Below are positions 1-13,043 of a stretch of 64,000 nucleotides of DNA, piece after piece (positions within the stretch are counted from its first letter, which is position 1; each line of letters starts with the position of its first letter). Source of the stretch: Camelus dromedarius (lineage: Eukaryota). The notes beneath the pieces are model-generated. The model saw nothing but the letters and a program-made list of their open reading frames with translations, ran no database searches and was not told where the DNA came from. The stretch covers positions 8,372,001 through 8,436,000 of the forward strand of contig NC_087438.1 of NCBI RefSeq assembly GCF_036321535.1, read 5' to 3'. Both the position numbers and the translations under genes were made by a program.

Positions 1-373
1 TCTAATCGAAAGCCTCACCTTTTAGGTAAAGACATTGGGGCCCAGAGAAGCAACATATAGAAGGATATAGGTTAATCTGCTTAAGAAAAGTAATACCTTA
101 TAACAAGTTTTCAGTAAAACCTAATGTAAAGAACTGGTCTCCAAAGTCTTTGATTTTAATGGAAAAAGATAATAGCCTCTCCCATTCTCTCTCTCTCTTT
201 TTTTTTAATTAAAATGAATTAGTTCCAGACTTTTAAAAGTTTTGTTAATATATTCTGAGAACTTTAGATTAGATGAGGGGATGCTGTTTTGCCCCTCCTG
301 GAGATTAATGGCTCACGTCCAGGCTTGGCTATGGCATATCTCTTCTCTATGGACCTATAAAGAATATGCCTCC

Positions 374-1037
374 CGTTCCTTAAAAAACTAGTTACCATGT
401 GATCCAGCAATACTCCTCCCAGACACATATCCAGGAAAGATGAAAGTTCTAATTCGAAAAGATACATGTACCCCATTGTTCATAGTGGCACTATTTATTC
501 CACCAAAATGTGGAAGCAATCTACATGTCTATCAACAGATGACTGGAGAAAGTAGCTGTGGTATATATAAATGATAGAATACTACTCAGCCATTAAAAAG
601 AATCAAAGAATGCCACTGCAGCAACATGGATGGACCTAAAGATCATCGTATCAAGTGAAGTCAGACAGAGAAAGACAAATAACATGTGATACCACTTATA
701 TGTGAAATCTAAAAAATAGTACAAATGAACTTATTTACAGAATAGGAAGAGACTCACAGACATAGAAAGCAAACTTATGCTTACCAAAGTGGAAAAGGGG
801 GAGAGGTGAGGGCTAAATTACGAGTTCAGGATTAGCAAATAGAAACTACTGTATATAAAATAGATAAACAACAAAGTCCTACTGTACAGCACAGGGAACT
901 ACAGTCAACAGCTTGTAATAAACTATAATGGAAAAGAATCAAAGAAAGAATATATATATACATATACCTGAAACTAACACAATATTGGAAGCCAACTATA
1001 CTTCAATTTAAAAAATGATAGTAAAAAAATTTTTTAA
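374..1037 (+). mobile_element. 5'-truncated LINE-1 3' end (lineage-young, artiodactyl/camelid type)
   Basis: Typical L1 ORF2-end/3'UTR motifs (gatccagcaatac, cccattgttcatagtggcactattt, atggatggacct) and an A-rich tail. Perfect 15-bp TSD aaagaatatgcctcc at 359-373 and 1038-1052. Confidence 0.93.
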
Positions 1038-1621
1038 AAAGAATATGCCTCCAGACTAAGTAATCCATTCCTAAAAGTTCTGCCAAGGGTTCTGTCGCTA
1101 GACAATCCAGTCCCTCAGAAAGCTAGCAACGCTTATCTTTGGTATTTTATATTATGTTTCCTAATCTTTTATTTATGCCTTAATTCTACTGTCAATTCAA
1201 AAAAAATTAGCAAGCAGCACCAGCACTAGTCTAAGGCACAACTGCTACTCCAGCAACAGACTGGATGCCTTAATTCTCATTGTTAGCTCAGCACAAGCCC
1301 TGAATTTTTCTGAATCCCATTTAATTCTCCAATTCTAGAGTGTCCCTTTGAATTACAAATATGTTCCCCGGAAAAAAGTCATTACGTGCACACCAGCTGT
1401 GTCTATAACTGAACAGAACATGGGTGCCCACTACTCTCTTTCTAGTAACCCCAATTTCGGAACAAGGCTAGCTAGATTCTTACTGCTTCATAAAAAAGCA
1501 TTCCATAATTGAGCACAGTTCAACTATCCTCCTGGTTTTGGCCAATCATTTCCATTGGAACTGAAAAGAACTAACTTGAGAACTCAAAGAGACAGGACAT
1601 CTCAGTACAAACCGTCTTCAT

Positions 1622-1841
1622 CAGTGGCTTTCCAAAGGGAGCAGTTCTGCCTCCAAGGAGTATCTGATGATGTTGAGGGATGTCTTTGATAGTTCAAACT
1701 GGGGCGAGGAGGTGCTGCCCGGTGCCACACATAGTCATCTAGGGGGAGAGGCCAGCAACGCCACTGAACATCCTGCAAAGCACAGGACAGCACACACGGC
1801 AAGGACGTCCGAAACATCAGAAGCCAGGGGTGAGAGCCCTG
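1622..1841 (+). mobile_element. MER20-like hAT-Charlie MITE
   Basis: Begins cagtggcttt, contains 'gagaggccagcaacgccactgaacatcctgcaaagcacaggacagc' and ends 'tgagagccctg'. Colinear with the MER20 consensus as recalled. Confidence 0.75.
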
Positions 1842-1889
1842 ATCTGAGTTCTCGCCGCTCAGAGTGTTGTCCTTATACCGGCAGCTCTG

Positions 1890-2002
1890 CGCTTTTCTAG
1901 GAGCTTCTTAGGAACTCGAGTCCCACCACAGGCTACTCAATCAGTCTACATTAGCAAGTTCACAAGGTGATTCAGGCAGATTGTCAAGCTTGAGAAGCAC
2001 GG
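1890..2002. mobile_element. MER5-like hAT fragment
   Basis: 'cccaccacaggctactcaatcag...acaaggtgattc...agcttgagaagcac' resembles the MER5A/B end. Degenerate. Confidence 0.45.
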
Positions 2003-3009
2003 ATTATACAATACTTAGTCAGTCCTTAAGTGCTTTAAAACATCATCTGTCTTGTAGCCCAAAAGAATACCCTGAACTTAAATAATAGGCTCGCTGTGAC
2101 AGCATCCTGGCTTTAACACAGTATTACCATAATTATCTCTAGTTCCACTGGATATTAGTAATTGTTACACACACCAAAAATCCATTGCTCAATAGTATGA
2201 AAAGTTCTAAGAGAGCAAACTTAAATGTACTGGAATCTCTAATAGGCTAATGCTCCTTAATCACCTCCAAGAAAGCGCTGCCATAGGTACCATTTCCCCA
2301 AATCACTTAACCATGGGATCTGTTTTCCCTCGGAGCATTTAATAGACCTAAGGTTTCGCAGAACACATTTTCTTTTTCTCAGCATGGGAACTGAAGAGAA
2401 ACTGATTAAAGTTCAGATCTCTCTCAATAGAGTCTTGAATTAGTTATTACCTAAGATACTACACGTTGCTTCAACAAAAGACAAAACTCAAGGGCTGCCT
2501 TGACAGTGGAGAATCTCTCAGGTCCTGTTGCAGGTTGAAAGGACAAACAAACCTGAAGGCGAAATCTCCTTGTTCAGAAAACGTATTACAAGACGCATGC
2601 TTCTCTCAAATTATCTGACTGCTCTAGTGATATAATTTCTTCAGTATGTAACAGAAAAAAAAAATCATTTCACAAGCAATTCTTGGGCACAAATTGCAAA
2701 CTAGAAGGTAAAAAAACCTAAGTAATTGCATGCCAATGGTGACTTTATTATGCACATAAATTATGTGGAGTCACAGACTGTCTCTTTTCATCATTAGTGA
2801 TATCAAGGTTTATTTAAGACTCACTTAATGAACAGAATCACTATACCTTTGCAAAAACCATGGACATTTCCTTAGCAATTAACAATCCCTTATGTATGCA
2901 ACAGACTAAGTTTGAATCCCTCGCATTTAATATTGATATGCAGTTATCTATAAATAAACAGTGTCACACTACAAGGGGAAAAAAAGCGTACCTTTATAAC
3001 TGTAAATAA

Positions 3010-3235
3010 TGGTGAAAAGATAGAATTTGGAGTCACATATCTGGGTTCAAACCTCAACAACCCCCCATATTAAGGTCTGAATTCCCCATGCCTGGCATCC
3101 CTGGCCGCATAAAAGGACAGGGCTACACCTTCCTCATTAAACTCCTGCATGAATGTGGCAGGAGAGATACAGGCCTTGAGAGCATAGAGTCTTGTACATA
3201 ATAAGGGATCACTCTGCCAGCAATTACTATCATTA
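3010..3235 (+). mobile_element. MIR SINE relic
   Basis: 'ttggagtcacatatctgggttcaaacctc' matches the MIR 5' core. Confidence 0.55.
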
Positions 3236-4264
3236 CATTTAAAAAAAAATGCATTTTTAAGGCTTCTTATCTACCCAGACATCACTGGGTGAAAAACAAT
3301 TGTTTCCATTTATCAAAGTCATTCTGTTGAACAGAACTTCTGAAGGAAAAAAGAGCCCGATCACCTCTGACAAACAGTGGTGAGATAAAGGGTTAATGAG
3401 GCAACTCCATCCTGCTGGTCAGTGGAGCGAGACACGCCGGAGCCACAAGCTCTACGTGCAACCCTGAACAGTACCTCCCTTTTACTGAGCATCGCATTCA
3501 CGCGGGATAGAAAAAAAAAATCAAGTGTTTACTGTGAGACGCACGGGGAGTTCAAGGCGTTGGGCAGGGGTTTTTCTCAAGGGCTCCATGCGCGTCTTCG
3601 AGGTCATTCTGAGCACAGGTGCTGGATTCTGGAGAAGGTGAGCCATTCTTCCCTTTCCAGATTCCATGTGAAATGACTGAACAGTGTGATTCTCTCACAG
3701 AACAGTCAGCAGAGAGGTACGTCTGCATGCTCTCCGACATTCTGCTCTAACGCGCACAACGTGAGAGGTCGGTGCAGATGCTGCAAACATCACTGGTCCA
3801 GGAACAAGGCGAGCCCACCTCCAACCTCAGTTCTACTGTGCCTGTCCAGGTCCTATTAGAAAAGTCATTTAGTCTCGTTTGGCATCTGTTTCCTTCTCAG
3901 AACAAGAGTAAAAAGAAATGTTTTGTTTTGTTGTTTTGCTCCACTCACAAGGTTCTTGAAATAATTCATTTAGGTAATATAAAATAATTCGCATGTTTAA
4001 AATGATAAAGCTGTTCATTGATTCCATTACACTCCCTTTTCTTTATGGGGCACGACATAGTCACATCTTTCTCTCATAAGGCTGAAGGTAATTGCTGTTG
4101 GTTCTTCTCAGTGGATATTAAATTGTACTTGACATGGAAGATCAGGGAAAATTTGTCTCAAAAGTGAAAAAAAGACACAAAGACTTGAAAACAACTGTGT
4201 ACCCCAATTACACATAGTGAAGTCAAGGTGTAGCTATTCACCGGAGACTGCTGGAGCATCATCG

Positions 4265-4720
4265 TGTGTCAGATGCTGTCCAGGTGTTTGGACATCAGTG
4301 ATGAAACCACAAAAAACCCTGAGCTCATGGAATTCAGATTCTAGCAGATGGAGGCAGAAAGTAAATAATGATTATTATAACAAATTATATATTCTGTTGG
4401 AAGACACTACTCGTGTATTTAAAAAAAAAAAAAGAATGGTAGAAGAGGGGATAGGAGATAGGGAGGCTGCAAGTGAAAACAGGATAGTCAAAGTGGTGTC
4501 CTAGGGACAGTGACACTGGCCTAAGAGTTGGAGGTAAGGAAGCCAGTCATGTGGACTTCTGAGGGATGAGCTTTCCAGGCAGAGGAAAGAGTAGTGCAAA
4601 GGCCCTGAGGTTAAGCAAAACTGGTGTGCCCAGGCCTGCAGTGGAGCTCAGCAAGGTGGGCAGAGCTGGGGCAGCCAAGAAGTGATAGGAGGCTGGCCAT
4701 CACCGTCAGGTCCTAATGGA
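4265..4720 (-). mobile_element. LINE-2 3' fragment
   Basis: 'ccctgagctcatggaattcagattctag' and 'ttccaggcagaggaaagagtagtgcaaaggccctgagg' are hallmark antisense L2 motifs. Confidence 0.75.
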
Positions 4721-4727
4721 AGAGGAA

Positions 4728-5698
4728 GCAGGGTTCCCATGGGTGGGACCTTGGGGACAGAGTGCCCAGGTGCAGGCAATAAGGGTGCACTTCATCTGTG
4801 GAGAATTTAATGATAATAATAAACCATCTGGAATTCACTGTGCTTTTCTTTTACATCACGTGCCAGCAACTTGGAGTAATGTCACAGATAAAATACTCCT
4901 CATCCCCTAAATTATCTTTTGGTCTAAGTTCTAAATAATGGCTGTGGTTAACTGTGTGTATTACATATAATGTAACTTCCTGCTATTAGTCAGCCCCTAC
5001 AAGCTGGGGACTCAGCTGCATGGATTCATTGCAGGGGTAAGTTTGCAATGACCTAGGATTGTTTGAACTTGTTTTGGATGCAGTTTGTGTCTCCAATCCT
5101 TGTGGTCCTACAGGGTCCTGCCTTCACAGTCAAAGTCAGGCGAGTACAGTGATGATAAAAGCAAACAAACCGATCTCTGAGTTACAGTCTATGTAAGGCT
5201 CTGGCATCTGACTTGTGTTTCAAATTTAAAACAACAAAACAGATTGCAAACCATAAGTATAATTTTGTGTGTGTCTGTGCAAATTTCAGTTCACACATGG
5301 ACTATTTTACTAGTTTACAATAGTAACTTGAGAAAATTACTTGTAAATTCTTCTTCTGCTTGTGTTATTATAACTTCTTATTAAAGTGTAATGTTATTTA
5401 TTACTATGAAACACCAAAAAGTAACATGTTTCTTTTCTAATTTTCTCCTCAAAAATGCACTCATGTAACTAGGAAATACGAAGCAATTACTAACTTCATT
5501 TTTATGTTACATTTCTTTGTTTTTCCCAGCCTGAATATATATACTAAGTACAATCAAAGAAAATTTCAGTTTCACCTTTCCTCTGATCATTATTATTCAT
5601 TTGACTTCATAATTGTCATTGAAAATAACTTTTTGTCTAGAGAAGAGAAAGTTAAAAAATGAGCCCCTCCAGGTGTCAAATACACAAGGAAGCCAGTG
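4728..5698 (+). mobile_element. MER97-like hAT-Tip100 non-autonomous DNA transposon, near full length
   Basis: 'cccaggtgcaggcaataagggtgca...gagaatttaa', 'gataaaatactcctc', 'ggtctaagttctaaa' and the end 'ctccaggtgtcaaatacac..gccagtg' match MER97. It is inserted next to or within the L2. Confidence 0.8.
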
Positions 5699-7099
5699 AC
5701 TGGATGCAGCCCTTGGTTTTGTTACTTAAATATTCAGTGCACAAAGTACAAGAGAATTCCTTAGTCTAGAGGCCAACTGTATTACTTCCGGCCGTCTTCT
5801 CCACAGTGGGAAAGGGTCGTTAATAGTTCAATCAATAAATGGATAAATAAGAAGTGAGAACAACCCAGGTAACAGGATGCGAAAAGTGGACGCGAACACG
5901 TGACGCCAGATATGGGACGTGGATACCAGCGAGTCACTTTGTGTAATCTGTACGGCAATAAAGTAACTTATTTTCTTGCTTTAACTATCTAGAACACGTA
6001 AACAACAGTAATCGATACTTCTAACTACAGAGACAATTAAATTGTGTGAGTGGTATCCAGAAATGCCCTCGCCTTTTTTTTTAAATTCTGCTGGTTTTAT
6101 AAATACATAATAACAGAGGAAATCAGTCATGATTGCCCACCACTGCACTGCCCCTTCATGAGTAAAGTTAGACAACTGATACCCGTCACCTTTAAATCAA
6201 ACTGAGGATAAATATTAAGAGATTCGCCAAACTCATTTTAATGGATACTTCTTTCAAGTAGAGGTATGAGAGAAGTGATTTAGTTCGATGGCAAGAAACC
6301 TTCTTGTTGTAAAACCATCAAGAAACAAATTATTAATCTTCTCTGATATACAAACTGCAAACTATAATGACTCCTTCCACATATTTATCACATCATGGCC
6401 CCCTGGAGTAGGGCACAGGTGTCCATAACGCAAAACGATACCCCTGGAATTTTGCTCACCTTCACAGCACTTTTGAAAAGAGACACTAAAATCATTTTCT
6501 GTAGTTATTTCTGTGAAATTAAACCAAGTCTTAACCATTCTTTCTTGAGATACCTGAAGATGTCAATAATCATTGTACAGGGACTCGCTCAGTGCAATGA
6601 TTAAGAAACGGTCAACAGCCCTTCCAGACACGTCTTCTGTATTACATGTTCAATTGTAATTTTTCTTTTCTTTTCAGAAATAGAAAAATAAAAATTTACT
6701 GTGCTTACTGATCATCTAAGTATTACCTCATTACTATAAAATATTCAGAAAAATAATATTAGGAAGAAAATACTTACCACATCCTATGAAAATAACACAG
6801 TAAAACTTCATATGTACCTGTACTTATCATTTTATAAAAATTAACAGTGTTCAAATTTTTAAAAAATAGGATATAATACTATTTGTTTAGTTTCATAATC
6901 TGCTTTTGGAAAATGAAAAAGCCCTATTTTCCACAACTCTTCTTGTCCATATGCATAAATGCATAATACAGTATTTATCAATACACTATATTTTATTTCA
7001 CCAGTTAGCCCTGAAGGATTTCTTGTTGTCCCTTTCTTTCCCTTCCCTCCCTTTTCTCAGTTCTCTCCTCTCCTCCCACTCTGCTTTTTTTTTTTTTCA

Positions 7100-7345
7100 A
7101 GCATGATTACAATCAACTGAGCACTTACTAAGTGATGTCCCAGCTTCTGTGTTCAGAATTTTACGTCTATAATCAAAGTTCTCCTCAAAACTTTCTGAGT
7201 CATCACTACTAATGCATCCATTTTACAGATAATGATAATTGAGAATGGGAGAGCTAGAGGAATTGCCCAAGGTCATCAGAACAGAAGAGGGCAAAGCTGA
7301 GACCCAAATCCACGGGCATCAGTTTCTACAGCCCTCCCTTAACCA
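7100..7345 (-). mobile_element. MIR SINE
   Basis: MIR core 'catccattttacagataatgataattgag...ttgcccaaggtcatca'. Confidence 0.7.
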
Positions 7346-8099
7346 TTTCCCTGAAACAGACCCTGAAACACATATTCTTAAGTATGAGGCTCATTCGCTT
7401 GCCTGCACATTTTTCTTAGAATAAATGTCTAGCAGTGAAACTATTTATGTGCGTATTTAAAACTTGTGACACATATTTTCAGACGATCTTCAGTTCATAT
7501 TGCACAAAAGATGCATGAAAATTTTTGGCATTCTACTTCCTGGGACCCAATTTTGTTTATTCAATATTTAGTAACATTTTTTTTGGTTCAGTTTATCTTT
7601 GGGGGTGTTCCGATATGCTAAGGTGAGAATATTCTCCCCCACCTCAGGCTTCCTGAGCACCAGCAGGACAAGCCGCTGAGCCGCCTTCCCGGGGATGTCT
7701 GAGCAGAGTGAGCGTCCCTAACCTGGCTGACCTCCTACTGCAGCCAAACCTCGGGTGCAGAAGGTGCACCCTGGTCCCGGGTGCTGTCCTTCGGTGCTCA
7801 CAAAGCTGGTGACACTTGGGCTCTCTTCGGCCCCCACGCACCTGGGGTGCTCTCCTCCTTAGAACTGACCATCTCTCTGATCTGCCTCCCGGTATCTCCT
7901 GGACGCCAGAGCAGCGCAGTGTGTGCCCAAATCACAGCCAAGGGCATCCTCGTAAAATCAGCCTTCTCCTGTCCTGTCTTCTATTCCACTTCAGCCTTCT
8001 ATTCTTCCGGCACTTCCAGTCCATTATGTCTAGTAAAATCACTCCTATACTCGTGGGCCACTCGACCCGTGGTGGCCTCCCCGCTCCCGTCACCGCTTC

Positions 8100-9150
8100 T
8101 GCCCGTCCAGTGATCTCTAGGGCTCCTCACTCCCGTCGCTCCTCAGATGAACTCCAGGCTGCACTAAAAACCTCCGCCAGCTTTCCTCAAGGACCTCTAA
8201 CTCCTTTGTCCATTTTCCTTTTATTACTAGTCTGGCAAAACATCCAATGAGGCTGTCTGCCTTCTCCATGTCTGAGTTCCAACTCAATGATTCCTGCTGG
8301 AAAAAATAGCCCAACTGCACAGACTGCCGGTCCTGAGAAGCCACGCCGCGGGCAACCCAACCTCACCTCTCCCCCCAGCACTTCTGAGTCCCTGGTCGCT
8401 GGCCCACTCCCCCCACTGCAGCCTGGCCTCCACGTGAGCCCCTCTGCACGCCACACCAGCTTTCTGCTCAGCAGTGATGCTCTGACTTCACCTCCCCTGT
8501 ACGACCGAAACCATCTTCCTCTGGTTTCCAGGACACCTCACTCTTCTGTATGCTTTTCTTCCCTTTCTAACTAGACTTTCTGGGTTTCTCTGTCTGGTCC
8601 AGAACTGCTGGGGAGCCCCAGGGAGCTGCACGAGGGCTGTGCCAACTCTTCCTTCTGTCCCTTGACAGTCTCTCCTCACGTGTTTTCCATCACTAGCTGC
8701 TTGCTTGATATCTCAGTTGTCCACATCCAGGCACTCTTGCTCCTGATTCTGGGCCTATACGCTGTTATTTGCCTACTTCCTTAAAAGTCCAGGTTTCTGT
8801 CTTCACTACCTGGATAAAATATAGCTGTGTTCACAAACAGACCCAGGAAGAGGAGCTGGCATGCTTGGCTGCATCTTCCTTAACCTTCAGATCTTAGCTC
8901 AGATACTGTTTTCTCTGGGAAATCTTCTGTAAGCGCTAAATCTGAATTGATCATCCTCCAGCACCCTGAACTTCTATCATAGCACGTAGCACCCTGCATT
9001 ATCATTTCTTACGATTTGTTTGTCTCTCGCAGTTAACTGTAAACTGGCTCCAGGAGGGCAGAGAAAGCACTGACTGCTTTCCACACGGTATTTGCAACAC
9101 TACACAGTGCACGCAGCAGGTGCTATCACTGAGATGCACTGAACTGGGTG
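8100..9150 (+). mobile_element. Degenerate LINE-2 fragments, including the 3' end
   Basis: 'cttcctctggtttccaggacacctcactct', 'ccttcagatcttagctcagat', 'ctgtaaactggctccaggagggcagaga' and 'gcaggtgctatca'. Confidence 0.55.
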
Positions 9151-9599
9151 GAATCAGACTCTGCCTGGGTTTTTCTCTCCATACACAGGCCACCAAGGCT
9201 GGCAGTTTTGTCCTGCCCTGGGAATCACCATGCCTCAGCTGTCACCTTGTAGGGATGGCTGCACAAACATCTTTCTCAAAAGTGCCTTTCTCCAAGCTTA
9301 TCGGTTCTTGCTAATTGATGCCAATGAAGCCACTGACCCATTCATTTTTGAGAAGAGGGATCTGCAGACCCACCTGGGTTCAGCTTTACACCTTGCTACA
9401 CTTTGGAATGATTATTTCTCCCAAGTTTATTTAGATTTATTTAGCATATTGAAATCTTTAATGAACCTGGAATTTCTTTCCCTAGAAAGTAAACATATAT
9501 ATATATATATTCCCAGGGGGTTAGTTACCCTGGCACTATGTATCGAATTCTTTCAATATTCTCCCACGATCTAAAGTTTCAACTCTACCACATAGTAAA

Positions 9600-9835
9600 A
9601 TCTCCTGGTGTGGTGGAGAAGGCTGCGGACTCCACCGCCAGCTGCCCAGATCCAGCACCCTCACTAGACTTGGGGCAGCTCACTTACCCTCCCTGAGCCT
9701 CTGTAATTCGGGGGTAACAACAGTCACTCTCTTTCAGTGTTGTGGTTAATTTACATGTAAAATGGTCCAGGGAGTACTGGTACAGGGCAGATCTTACTGG
9801 GGTACTGCACATTATCACTGTCATCTGTTTAGACG
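9600..9835 (+). mobile_element. MIR SINE
   Basis: 'gacttggggcagctcacttaccctccctgagcctc...gttgtggttaatt'. Confidence 0.65.
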
Positions 9836-10044
9836 CTTTATCTTCAGCTCTGATCACCTTCTCATGGTTGAGCCGGTGCCACCACATTCTCCCTGCTGAA
9901 GAAGAACACATTCTCTCGTCTAGAACAATCCCCCTGAGTCATCACCCCTCTCCCTCCTTTCCTTTAGTTAAAAAAAATTACTTTTCCACTCCGGCACAAT
10001 TATTTATTTAGTAAAACACTTTTCCCCCAAAGACATTAATAACA

Positions 10045-10665
10045 GCCAACTATTACTTGTGAATTGCTTTCCCTGGATCAGGCACTGGGTCAGAGGCTTT
10101 ACTGACATGGATAATCAAGCTTAATCACATGAGGAACACTTCGTTGTTATTTCTACTTTACAGATTAGGAGAATAAAGATTAGAACCATTAAAGAAGGAG
10201 CCCCTGATTCTAGAACTCATACCCTATATAACCACCATGCTCCTCTTTCATTATAAAACCTCTTGAGATTGGGCTCAGATTTGGATGAAATCTACAGATT
10301 AATTTGGGGAAGACTGACAGTACTGAACGCTAAGTCTTCCTATCCAGTGTTATGATTATTCTTTATTCAATTGTTTATTTATATTCTTCATTAAAGTTTT
10401 ATATTGTTAATATAAGTAATCTTTACAGAGTATGGACCACCTTGTAGGCACTGTTTAAATGCTTTACAAATACTAACTAATTGCATTCTCACCATGACCC
10501 TATGGCATTGGCATTATCATTATTTCCATTTTGCAGATAGGGATCCAAGGCAGTTCGATGGTTTTTCATATTAAACGACTTCATATCACATAGCCAATGA
10601 GTGACAAAGCTGGTATTTTTATCATGCTGTCTTGGCTCCAGAACTCATAATTCTGGTTACCAAGC
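10045..10665 (-). mobile_element. Two MIR relics (~10045-10240 and ~10410-10665) interleaved with old L1M fragments
   Basis: 'aggcactgtttaaatgctttaca...tttccattttgcagatagggatccaaggc' and 'ttctactttacagattaggag' are MIR. 'tacagattaatttggggaagactgaca...agtcttcctatcca' at ~10290-10345 is antisense L1. Confidence 0.6.
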
Positions 10666-13043
10666 TCTCAAATTTACCTCTCAGATCATGGATAAAGTAT
10701 ATTTCTACCTGTTGATATACTGTTGATGCTTACGAGTGAAAACTGTTATTTTACTTTTATCTTGTTACTACTAGTCTCCAGGAAAGCACTGGTTTGTGTA
10801 TATTATCTTGCTAACTTGTTGGAAAGTTACATTTCAGTCATTTAATATTTGCCTACCTTGGTTTATTTAGGGAGGTCATTAAAATAAAGCTGGGTTTTGT
10901 TTCTCAACATCCAGCTTGTATCATTTTATATTCCTTTTAAAAATTGTTTTGCTTAGCGCTTCCCCCAAAATTTTAAATAGATTTTGCATTAGACATCTTT
11001 TTCTTATATTCCACTTTAGCAGTAATGCCTCTAGTTTTTTACTTGTAAAAGAACTTCTACTTTTTTTTTAAGATGGGTGCTGTCTAACCTATTAAAAACG
11101 ATGGACACTGAGAGTCCTACATTCAGTCAGTTAGTGACTATCATTTCCTGTATCTTTCATTATTAAAGGGTACCAAGGCAGAATAGGGCTGTACATCCTG
11201 CAGAACAGGGCTGTACATTCAACTGAGAAGAAAGCTACATATCACCCAGGAGAGCTCTGCTTTCCATAATATCGATAGGTAGCAATTGGTATTTGCAAAT
11301 AAAGAGGGGAGGCGAGAGGAGAAATTTAGTACTCCAATTCATGTCATGATTAATCCTTTCAAGTCTACTTAAAATCATTCTATAATAGATCATATTAATA
11401 GGTAACTTTAAAGGAAAACATTGATTATTCAGCTCAAGGTTATGTATTTTGGGTTGAGAGAAATCACAACCCAAATGGCAGAAAGCTTTGCTTGCATCGA
11501 ATGATAGTTTTCATTCAGGGCGTAGGAATCACACAGGATCGATCCACACGCGTGAGCAGCAGCCTAAGTACCTCTCGCCTATTTCGTGTGTGGTTACCCA
11601 GGAAGTACACACCACACACACTTCTGGTTTCAGTAACTGAAAAGGCTGCTAATGGGGCTCCAGGGTTGCCAAGTTTCTCGTGGCTTTTTTTTTCTTTCAA
11701 TGATGACACATTCATTTCATTTTTAATTTGGAAGGTACCAAGTTGACGATCTTTGACTGACTCATGTAACAAAATTGTAAAGGTTGTACTGCAGCAGGTT
11801 ACTCTTCGACTCTTTGATTCTTTGGTTAAAAATTAAGCATTTTAGCCTTAAAGTAGCTCTGAATAATTTCATTCCAAGCCTTTTTCAGGATTTTGGAATT
11901 TAGATACAGTTACACACACTGTGAACACCTGTAAATCGGCACAACACTATGAACGGAAGTCAAAGAAGACAGACACATCAAGCGAGACGAATCTGGACCT
12001 TTTAAATCTATATTTACGTATGCTTTTTTCAGTTTTAATTCATGCACACCTTATGCAGAAATATAGCCAATAAGTGGCTTTAGGTCTGCTCGTCCCATAA
12101 TTCTGTTTGCAATGTCACCCTTTGCAGTGGGCTTACAAAACTCTCAATTAGGTCAGAGCAGTGAGGGTCTCGAGAGATCTTCCGCTGAAGCTTGCTCTAT
12201 AAAACCTTTGCCTCGGACCATCCCTATGTCTCTGCCTCTGTGCTTTCTGCTGGGCACTGCCAGAGAGGAATGACGTACTAACGTGGGCTAGAGCCACTTC
12301 TCACCCCATTTTGGTCCTCAGAGTATGGGCTGAAGGTTCTCTGCGTCCTGGATTTTCTGTCCCAATCACCGCAGAGGTTATTCCAAACCTAAAAAATGCT
12401 GTCACCGCCAATGAACCCACCAGCTCTCCAACTCAACACATAACGTTGGCTCCCACTGACCCATGAACAATAGAAACCTAGAGATAGGAGAGCCTTCAGC
12501 CTCTCTGCTCCTACACAGATAAGCTTTAAAGCAGAAACCTCCCCCATAAGATCAACAGTTGATGTCTTTGACTTTAGCTGCAGAAGCTCAGTAAGAGTGA
12601 CAAAAAAAAAGTGAACGATAAAATTGCACATTCAAACAATCCTGAGATGCACGCTTTTCACATTTTAACGTCTCTGAATCAGAATACACCTCATAGCCAG
12701 TAGCTGCTAACCATCACTTTCAGCCAGATGGTGGCCATGGCACAGTTCTCCAGTCCTGCACATGTGGGAACTCGGCCTTGTGTTTCATTCAAAAAACTCT
12801 TGAAGGACTTTGAGCAACAATTATCTGTTCTGTTACTGAAAACCTGCGACTGACATATTCTGGTGAGATCAAGAAAAACAAAACTTGAAGAATGTGTCAC
12901 AACATCTGGAAAGACAATCACAGGGGCAACTGTGAAAGACTCCTTAAAAACGTTCTGTACTCTTGCCCCTTTTAATGTCACTGAGGATGGCACTGCATGG
13001 AAAACTAAGATGCTGATGACAGAGCATCAAAAGTGAATCAAAA

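Noticed and set aside
6460..6553. 94-nt - strand exon-like segment (VSQERMVKTWFNFTEITTENDFSVSFQKCCE)
   Set aside because: Weak acceptor, peptide not recognised and no supporting neighbouring exons.
6772..6800. Apparent 6-nt microexon on - strand (TTTTCATAG|GATGTG|GTAAGT)
   Set aside because: Lies in what looks like a decayed L1M 3' fragment and lacks upstream UGC/strong pyrimidine context; likely chance.
7781..8574. Cluster of overlapping 75-144 aa ORFs
   Set aside because: Expected in GC-rich, stop-poor DNA partly derived from L2; no homology recognised.
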